Shown: positions 58,265 through 64,000 of the stretch, piece by piece
Position numbering within the stretch: the stretch's first letter is position 1
Layout of the letters: each line of letters begins with the position of its first letter
DNA from: a virus
Virus record (IMG/VR): IMGVR_UViG_3300042894_003945
Coordinates: 72,879-136,878 of that record
Length of the DNA: 64,000 bases
Reading direction: 5' to 3' (one strand)
The notes under the pieces: generated by a model
What the model saw: the letters and a program-made list of their open reading frames with translations, nothing else
Told to the model about the DNA's origin: nothing
The model's database searches: none
Position numbers and translations under genes: made by a program

Positions 58265-58543
58265 ATGGAATATACAGTAGAAAATTTTAAAGAAAATATC
58301 ACTAAAATAGTGGATAATTCAGATTTTTTAGAATTAAAATCATTCACATATGACCTATTAGACTGTGTTTATGTGGATATTTGCTGTGAAAAATCACATA
58401 AAATACACAAAATTCTAGTAGAAGGATATCAAAATGAGATAAAAAACTCAATAGAAATCTTCAATCCAGAGCATAAAGTGGACATAGAAATGTTAGAAAA
58501 TCTACTAAAAGAGATAGATTATTTCCTAGAGTTTACTTCCTGA
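58265..58543 (+). CDS. Hypothetical protein
   Basis: 92-aa ORF immediately after the nuclease. Confidence 0.55.
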   Translation: MEYTVENFKENITKIVDNSDFLELKSFTYDLLDCVYVDICCEKSHKIHKILVEGYQNEIKNSIEIFNPEHKVDIEMLENLLKEIDYFLEFTS

Positions 58544-58855
58544 TTTAGAACTTCCAGAGCCGTTTAGTTGAATATTTTTGATTACAGGCTCTAAAATCTC
58601 TACTTTTTCTACTACTACAGAAACAGGCTCTTCCTGTACTAAAACAATCTCTTCTTTTTGAGGTAAATCCTCAACAGGTATAGTTCTATTTATTTTACTT
58701 TTTGAACCGTTATCAAAAATAATAGAATTTCTTTCTATATCAGAAACATTAGAAGGTGCTTTAAAAAGAGTTCCCATTTTAGAAACATCTTTACCGCTTC
58801 TTAAATTGGGATTGTTTGGGTACCTTAAACCGCTTACTTTATTTTCTAAAGACAT
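58526..58855 (-). CDS. Hypothetical protein
   Basis: 109-aa ORF with late motif at 58869-58876. Confidence 0.5.
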   Translation of the reverse strand: MSLENKVSGLRYPNNPNLRSGKDVSKMGTLFKAPSNVSDIERNSIIFDNGSKSKINRTIPVEDLPQKEEIVLVQEEPVSVVVEKVEILEPVIKNIQLNGSGSSKSGSKL

Positions 58856-58906
58856 ACGTAAATTTTATATAAATATTTGAAAAATATAGTATTTATATAA
58901 AAAGTC

Positions 58907-59050
58907 ATGGCAGCAGCTAAAGGAAAATCAAAGGGTTCAGGAAAGGATTCAGTAAAAGTAACTTTCGGAAAAAGAAAGAAAGGGGCTCACGCAAAATCTC
59001 ATAACAAGCATGATAGATCAGAAAAGAACTATCGTGGACAAGGCAGATAA
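58907..59050 (+). CDS. Small basic protein ending YRGQGR (47 aa)
   Basis: Manual translation MAAAKGKSKG...KNYRGQGR; plus-strand TATTTAT at 58890-58896. Confidence 0.7.
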   Translation: MAAAKGKSKGSGKDSVKVTFGKRKKGAHAKSHNKHDRSEKNYRGQGR

Positions 59051-59059
59051 CTTTTTTAA

Positions 59060-59146
59060 ATGGATATACCAGGCATCATAATATTTTCTATTATGGGAAT
59101 AATAACCGTTGCCGCTATATTCATTCCTTCTAAAAAAAGGAAGTAG
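59060..59146 (+). CDS. 28-aa single-pass membrane peptide
   Basis: Manual translation MDIPGIIIFSIMGIITVAAIFIPSKKRK; fills the gap before heme oxygenase. Confidence 0.5.
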   Translation: MDIPGIIIFSIMGIITVAAIFIPSKKRK

Positions 59147-59163
59147 TATATTAAAATTAAAAT

Positions 59164-59682
59164 ATGATTTCATTAAGAGAGGCGACAGGCGAAAAGCATA
59201 AGATTGCTGAAAGCATGTTGTTTAATCAAAGGCTGGTTAAAGGAGATCTTTCAAAAGATGAATACATAGCGCATCTAACACAGCAATTAGCAATATTCGA
59301 TACTATTGAAGTTCGTGAATTACCTCACCCATCTTTGAAACGATCCAATAAAATAGTTGAGGATATTAAAGAATTATTTGGTAATGAAATAATCCAAATT
59401 ACAATATTATCGTCAACTAAAGAGTATACAAAATATCTAGATACTCTTACTCAAGAACAACTTTTACCGCACATATATCTAAATTATTTAGCAATTATTT
59501 ATGGTGGACAGTTGATAAAAAAGAATATACACGGTAGCGGTAAGATGTATGAATTTGATGGTGATGTAAAAGAAATTGCCGGAACGATTAGAGCAATTCA
59601 AAAAGACGAGTGGGCTGATGAAGTTAATACTGGCTTTGATTATATTATAAAAATTTACGATGAGTTACAAAAGTATCCTTGA
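59164..59682 (+). CDS. hemO: Heme oxygenase (biliverdin-producing)
   Basis: LREAT...H..AE with the proximal His, and H.Y..YL...YGGQ.I in the distal helix. Confidence 0.9.
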   Translation: MISLREATGEKHKIAESMLFNQRLVKGDLSKDEYIAHLTQQLAIFDTIEVRELPHPSLKRSNKIVEDIKELFGNEIIQITILSSTKEYTKYLDTLTQEQLLPHIYLNYLAIIYGGQLIKKNIHGSGKMYEFDGDVKEIAGTIRAIQKDEWADEVNTGFDYIIKIYDELQKYP

Positions 59683-60289
59683 TAATATAGCAAACACTGT
59701 TCAAGAGGTTATTATAAATAAAGGAGAGGGGTTACAAATAGAGATAGAGAACTTCGGATGGACTAATCTTATATACGAATCTAAACATTTTAGATTTGCA
59801 CATATAGAAAGGTACTCAGATAAAAACCTAGAAGTTTTACATGTGACTACGTTTCCTAAAGAAACTAGCCCTAATCCAATATTTGGATTTGATGTCATTA
59901 CGACAGATAAAAAACCCCTTGCGGCATTTTTAGATTATTCCCCAGTAGTAGATAAAATTACATACAGATCAAATAAAATATTTGAAAAGCCATACAACTT
60001 ACCTGATTGGGCTAAAAAAATATTTTCTAATCATGCAATAGCAATAGTTCCAAATGAAAAAGACATGGAGGATTTGTCTGAAGTAGTCAAGGACGCTTAT
60101 AGCAAATACATTGATTTGTGCATAGAAGAACAATCTGTAGTGGATACAGAAGTAATTAAAGAAAGACAAAATTACTACTGTGAACAACAACAAAAGAATG
60201 AACGTACTTTTAATGTATTAAAAGCTAAACTAGGAGAAGATAGAGCTAGATATTTTATGAATACAATTTTGTTCCCGAAAATAAAATAA
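59660..60289 (+). CDS. pcyA: Ferredoxin-dependent bilin reductase (PcyA/PcyX family)
   Basis: FRFAHIE, LEVLH...FP, PIFGFD, D.SP, LP.W..IFS, Q..YC.QQ.KN..T..VL and LFP; overlaps the HO gene. Confidence 0.85.
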   Translation: MSYKSILDNIANTVQEVIINKGEGLQIEIENFGWTNLIYESKHFRFAHIERYSDKNLEVLHVTTFPKETSPNPIFGFDVITTDKKPLAAFLDYSPVVDKITYRSNKIFEKPYNLPDWAKKIFSNHAIAIVPNEKDMEDLSEVVKDAYSKYIDLCIEEQSVVDTEVIKERQNYYCEQQQKNERTFNVLKAKLGEDRARYFMNTILFPKIK

Positions 60290-60322
60290 AAAGGCCTAGG
60301 GGTTTCCTAGGCTTCTTTTTTT
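60288..60322. terminator. Bidirectional terminator between convergent genes
   Basis: A-run, GCCTAGG-GGTTT-CCTAGGC (60294-60312), T-run. Confidence 0.7.
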
Positions 60323-60582
60323 ACTGCGTCTTTAAAGTCCGACAGTTGGTTTTGCATTTTTAGGACTTTGTTCATCAAGTCCGATATGATGTCGTAATCC
60401 TCATCGTTGTCTCCATACTTACTTTCTAAGCGTGAGATGGCCTTATAGGATTTTTCTAGATCTTGTTCAAGCTTCTCAACAACCTGTGGCTGATTTACCA
60501 AGTCGTCTATGGTAACAGATAGGTATCTGTTGTTTAATAGCTCCTGAAGCTTCTCAGCCTGTTGTACTTCTTGCGCAGCCAA
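60307..60582 (-). CDS. Hypothetical coiled-coil protein
   Basis: TTG start abutting the upstream stop. Confidence 0.5.
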   Translation of the reverse strand: MAAQEVQQAEKLQELLNNRYLSVTIDDLVNQPQVVEKLEQDLEKSYKAISRLESKYGDNDEDYDIISDLMNKVLKMQNQLSDFKDAVKKEA

Positions 60583-61995
60583 TTACTTTCTTTTAATTCT
60601 TTCGTAAGCCTCTTGTAAAGCAGGAACATCAGGGAGCTTCGATTTTTTCATATCATCAGCTGATACATCAGGGGTAGTGTTATCGCCACCTTGAGAGTTT
60701 TCACCAGATTTAACTTTTAAAGCCTTAAATATACCGGTCCAACCTGCTCTTTTTTCTAAATTAGCAAAAGCCTTTTCGTTAGGGATAATCTCCATTATCA
60801 TATCTAAAACAAACTGCGCCATATCCTTTTCATCTGCTATTGCAGAGTTTATTTGAGCTTTTATAGAATTAGGTAGATTTACTTTTCCGGATTCGTATTC
60901 TTTCAAATCTGCGCTATCCATTTTAGATTTTTTATTTGCCACTTTAGCTTTCTTTTTAATAGTGTCTAATGTTTTTTGTACAGAAGTACCAGGAACAGCA
61001 GATATAGAAAGAAGCTCCTTAGCGACATCCTGAAGGAAGACATTAATCATCTTCTTTGTCTTAGGAGATACTGAAGTGTTTGTCTCCAGGTCCTGCATAG
61101 ACCCTTTCTTTAAAAACCTACCAGCATCGTTAGTAACTGCCTGAGATGCAAAACCTGCCTTTACTATAGGCTCGTTACGAAGAACTTCACTAAGAAAGCT
61201 AAAAAAACTCTCTTTAATATCAATTTTGGCTGCACGGCTCTTACGTGGTTGTTGTAGAATATAGTTAGTTATGTCTTTTATGTTATACCTTCTTTCTTCT
61301 TCCTTGGTACTTCCTTTAGGAGTTTCTATTACAGTAAAAGTATCTCCTGATAATAGTACTGGGCGTACATCTACTAACCACCCTCTATCCTTATGATTTA
61401 GATGTATCTTTACTTTTGGTTCAATTCTTTTTGCATCAATCATTTTCTTGGCTGCCTCCTTATCAAAGGTCTTAGCCCCTGCCATGCCTTGACTAGGTAT
61501 ATCAAAAGTCATTTTTCCTTTTGCTAACGCAGCTGCTTTTTTACTAAGAGGCGCAGTCTTTTTTTCTGATTCAGGATCTTTTCTTTGGCCGGTAGCTAAA
61601 GGAGGTTCAAAACCAGTAACGCCTTTAGGTTCCGGTAGATCTTCAGGATCAGCCGATACAATGCCTACGAACGTAGGTAAGTTTTCAAATTCTATTTTGA
61701 AAATAATACTATTTTCATACCTGCCCTTAGAAGGGTAAATAGAAGCAGTCTTCACTTGATCCATAAGATCTTCCTCAAGGGCAGCTACAATCTGATCAGC
61801 CTTTCTTTTCATTAGACCTGATAAACCAGGAACATCTTTGTATTTAATACCTTGATATTTATCTGAAACAGATACGGCAGCGCCTTTATCCTTCCTTGCT
61901 TGATATGACCTTAATCTCCTAGTATCAGCAGGAGCTTCTGCTATCTTAGCGGCTATTTCAGAAATGTAAGTTTTAAAATCCTTTTCGTTTTTCAT
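60583..61995 (-). CDS. Putative internal head protein
   Basis: MKNEKDFKTYISE leader; internal IKE, LSE, LKE and LQE sites; late motif upstream. Confidence 0.6.
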   Translation of the reverse strand: MKNEKDFKTYISEIAAKIAEAPADTRRLRSYQARKDKGAAVSVSDKYQGIKYKDVPGLSGLMKRKADQIVAALEEDLMDQVKTASIYPSKGRYENSIIFKIEFENLPTFVGIVSADPEDLPEPKGVTGFEPPLATGQRKDPESEKKTAPLSKKAAALAKGKMTFDIPSQGMAGAKTFDKEAAKKMIDAKRIEPKVKIHLNHKDRGWLVDVRPVLLSGDTFTVIETPKGSTKEEERRYNIKDITNYILQQPRKSRAAKIDIKESFFSFLSEVLRNEPIVKAGFASQAVTNDAGRFLKKGSMQDLETNTSVSPKTKKMINVFLQDVAKELLSISAVPGTSVQKTLDTIKKKAKVANKKSKMDSADLKEYESGKVNLPNSIKAQINSAIADEKDMAQFVLDMIMEIIPNEKAFANLEKRAGWTGIFKALKVKSGENSQGGDNTTPDVSADDMKKSKLPDVPALQEAYERIKRK

Positions 61996-62020
61996 TATTA
62001 GAAATTATATACTATAAATA

Positions 62021-62536
62021 TCAGTATTTGTTATCTGGTTTAACAAAAGTTCTTGTAGGAGCTTGACCTCTCTCCACAGGCCTAGCGGCTGGTGGAGTAG
62101 AGAAACTTCTCGGCTGCGGGGTATAACTACCCCTTGGCCCCGGCGGCAAAGGCCTAGGCGGATTAGCACGAGGAGTAGAAGGTCTCACCGGAGTAGAAGG
62201 CCTAAATCCAGATCCGGGAGAATCCCATCCCCCACGAGGCCTAACAGGCCTATTACGGATTATCACCCTAGGCTGCACAGGAGCCACTATAGGCCCTAAA
62301 TACCTTGGGGAATACCAATATATCGGATCGTAAAAGAAAGGGTCGTAATAGGGATTAAACATCATTGTAGAATAGTCCTGTACATATACATCCCTGGTTA
62401 CATTAGAAGAGTCATAGAACTTCTGGATTACCCTAGTGGTCTTCCCAGTAGCCGAGTCGGTGACTAAGGTCTCCACTACCCTTATCGGGGTGGCGCAGCC
62501 AGCTACGCAAAGAAGTAGTAATAGTAGATATCTCAT
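62021..62536 (-). CDS. Lipoprotein with Tyr-rich and Pro/Arg-rich disordered tail
   Basis: MRYLLLLLLCVAG-C lipobox; higher GC than flanking genes. Confidence 0.7.
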   Translation of the reverse strand: MRYLLLLLLCVAGCATPIRVVETLVTDSATGKTTRVIQKFYDSSNVTRDVYVQDYSTMMFNPYYDPFFYDPIYWYSPRYLGPIVAPVQPRVIIRNRPVRPRGGWDSPGSGFRPSTPVRPSTPRANPPRPLPPGPRGSYTPQPRSFSTPPAARPVERGQAPTRTFVKPDNKY

Positions 62537-62541
62537 ATAGT

Positions 62542-63309
62542 TTATTTTACGACATTAGCGTATCTTTGTAAGAACCTTTTATATAGGGTGGGCTTAGAGG
62601 ACCAAGCTTTTATTCTTTTTATTTCTGTTTTAAAGTCATATAAAACATCAATCCAATTTTCCACCTCCCACTTTTTAGCGGAAAAAAACCAAGCGTTCTT
62701 ACGTAAATCATCATCTTCTATGATTTCATCAACACTCTTATCTTTAATTGCCGACAAAAGATTTTTCATTCCGTTGTCAAACTCAACTTTATCGGGAGCT
62801 CTTTCTCTAGACTTTTTTAATTTGTTTAAAAGATAAGAAGTAAAAGCATCAAATTCCCATGGAGATTTTGAGAATTTATCCATTTGATCAGGTTCAGCAC
62901 CCTTCTTTGCATACTCTCTACCCATTAATTCTATATTTCTAAGTTTTGGGTCCATTGCATGAACTAACTCGTGTTCCCCTAACTCTAAAAAGTCTTCTTT
63001 GTCACCAAAGAAAGCTAAGTTTATTAACATTATATCATCTATAGTGTTCATCCTACCGGCTCCTAGATCTTTGGGATCGTTATAATATCCTGCCGACACT
63101 TGTATTTCTTTTCCTGATAAGTCATTGAATTTAAAATATTTGTTATACCTAGAGATAATTAGAGGATTATTATAATCTTCAGGAGCAGTTTCTTTTAACT
63201 TATCAATATTACTTTTTGTATAGTTGTATAGATCCTCAAGTTGGTCGAGTACTTTTTCCGGTACTTTAATAATATTTGACTCTATTAGTATGTCCAATAG
63301 CTTGATCAT
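62542..63309 (-). CDS. Putative zinc metallopeptidase with capsid-targeting-like leader
   Basis: MIKLLDILIES leader; HELVH and a downstream P.EFDA. Confidence 0.65.
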   Translation of the reverse strand: MIKLLDILIESNIIKVPEKVLDQLEDLYNYTKSNIDKLKETAPEDYNNPLIISRYNKYFKFNDLSGKEIQVSAGYYNDPKDLGAGRMNTIDDIMLINLAFFGDKEDFLELGEHELVHAMDPKLRNIELMGREYAKKGAEPDQMDKFSKSPWEFDAFTSYLLNKLKKSRERAPDKVEFDNGMKNLLSAIKDKSVDEIIEDDDLRKNAWFFSAKKWEVENWIDVLYDFKTEIKRIKAWSSKPTLYKRFLQRYANVVK

Positions 63310-63318
63310 CGGTATAAG

Positions 63319-63447
63319 CTATTTTAAGCCCAATAGAGCCTTTTCAAGTTTCTTGATAACCTCACAGTTAGCTTGATACAATTTAGCCTTTTTTAGGCCA
63401 CTTCTGCGTGATCTCATAGCCTTTGGTTTGGGTGCTGCTTTTGCCAT
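63319..63447 (-). CDS. Small basic protein (42 aa)
   Basis: Manual translation MAKAAPKPKAMRSRRSGLKKAKLYQANCEVIKKLEKALLGLK; fills the gap between its neighbours. Confidence 0.6.
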   Translation of the reverse strand: MAKAAPKPKAMRSRRSGLKKAKLYQANCEVIKKLEKALLGLK

Positions 63448-63450
63448 TAT

Positions 63451-63915
63451 TTATTGTATGTGCATTTTTGAACTATTGTACATTATTGAACTGATTATTT
63501 GTTCAAGGGCTATATACATACCCTTTTTAAACATATCTGGGGAAAGTTGTTCTGGCCTAATATTTATGGAATTCCCTCTCACAACAGGTTTATTCTTATC
63601 TTCGGAGGAAGGAGACAAATATAATTCAATATTTTTAATTCTATTTCCCATAGTAGGATATTTTGGAAATTCAATACTTACTGTCGCAATTAATAATCGT
63701 TTATTAGGTTCCTTATTAAGATTATAAACCCCTTTTTCAAAATCAAAAGGCTCATTTGCTTTTTCTTTAAAATCTGGTAATGTGCTAACACACTTATCCA
63801 ATAATTCATTAAAAGCTTTTTTAAAAGAGTCATTGTCTTTAACATCAAAAGATACGATTCCAAGGTTTTTTTCCTCTAATAATAAAGACTGCTTTAATAG
63901 ATTGATGAGTTTCAT
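63451..63915 (-). CDS. Hypothetical protein with leader
   Basis: MKLINLLKQSLLLEE; late motif at 63947-63954. Confidence 0.6.
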   Translation of the reverse strand: MKLINLLKQSLLLEEKNLGIVSFDVKDNDSFKKAFNELLDKCVSTLPDFKEKANEPFDFEKGVYNLNKEPNKRLLIATVSIEFPKYPTMGNRIKNIELYLSPSSEDKNKPVVRGNSINIRPEQLSPDMFKKGMYIALEQIISSIMYNSSKMHIQ

Positions 63916-64000
63916 TTTTTTCCGAAAATTTTAATTGAGTATATACATAAATATTGGCAAAAAGGTGTATAGGCAAATTGACTTTTTTTAAGGGGGGGGG

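Larger units (their letters stand above)
5126..63954 (-). promoter_or_regulatory. Dispersed late-promoter candidate ATATTTAT on the coding strand, about 18 copies
   Basis: Plus-strand ATAAATAT starts at 5126, 8712/8718, 9430, 12455, 17917, 19809, 23055, 25500, 28521/28540, 32336, 43330, 52057, 55522, 57504/57533, 58869, 62014 and 63947, each just upstream of (28521 overlapping) a minus-strand start. Confidence 0.75.

Noticed and set aside
5823-63727. Numerous 60-140 aa ORFs antisense to or nested in longer genes
   Set aside because: They lie within well-supported CDSs and have no recognisable motifs or promoters.
1-64000. Stop-codon reassignment as seen in some large Bacteroidota phages
   Set aside because: Core genes are full length in the standard code, and TAG, TGA and TAA all end genes at sensible boundaries.
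63992-64000. Terminal poly-G run
   Set aside because: It is cut by the window edge and may be a sequencing or assembly artefact; not interpretable.

Overview
The window is a 64 kb, AT-rich, densely coding segment of a large T4-like (myovirus) bacteriophage, translated in the standard code and almost entirely on the minus strand. It holds the head module (terminase, portal, prohead protease, scaffold, major capsid protein, neck and tail-completion genes), a baseplate module (gp25-, gp6- and gp5-like), primase, a gp55-like late sigma factor, phoH and a heme oxygenase plus ferredoxin-dependent bilin reductase pair. The host is probably Bacteroidota, inferred from a TTTG-N20-TAnnTTTG promoter, A-rich starts without Shine-Dalgarno sites and D-S/T-x motifs in secreted proteins. 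The most notable system is a 7-gene glycosylation cassette (GT60-like initiating HexNAc transferase, GT4-like, unassigned GT-A, GT25, GT11, methyltransferase, glf). It lies between three mucin-like (Thr-Pro)n proteins, and the block appears to be inserted into a split structural gene, suggesting phage-encoded mucin-type O-glycosylation of the virion. Other signals: a >1,690-aa Gly-Ser/Thr collagen-like fibre missed by the ORF track; (S/T)-(G/A)-S tripeptides enriched in virion proteins; about 12 unrelated proteins sharing an M-(I)-K-(L/F)-x-(D/N)-I-L-x-E capsid-targeting-like leader; and about 18 intergenic copies of a late-promoter candidate ATATTTAT. All assignments come from reading motifs by eye; no database searches were run.
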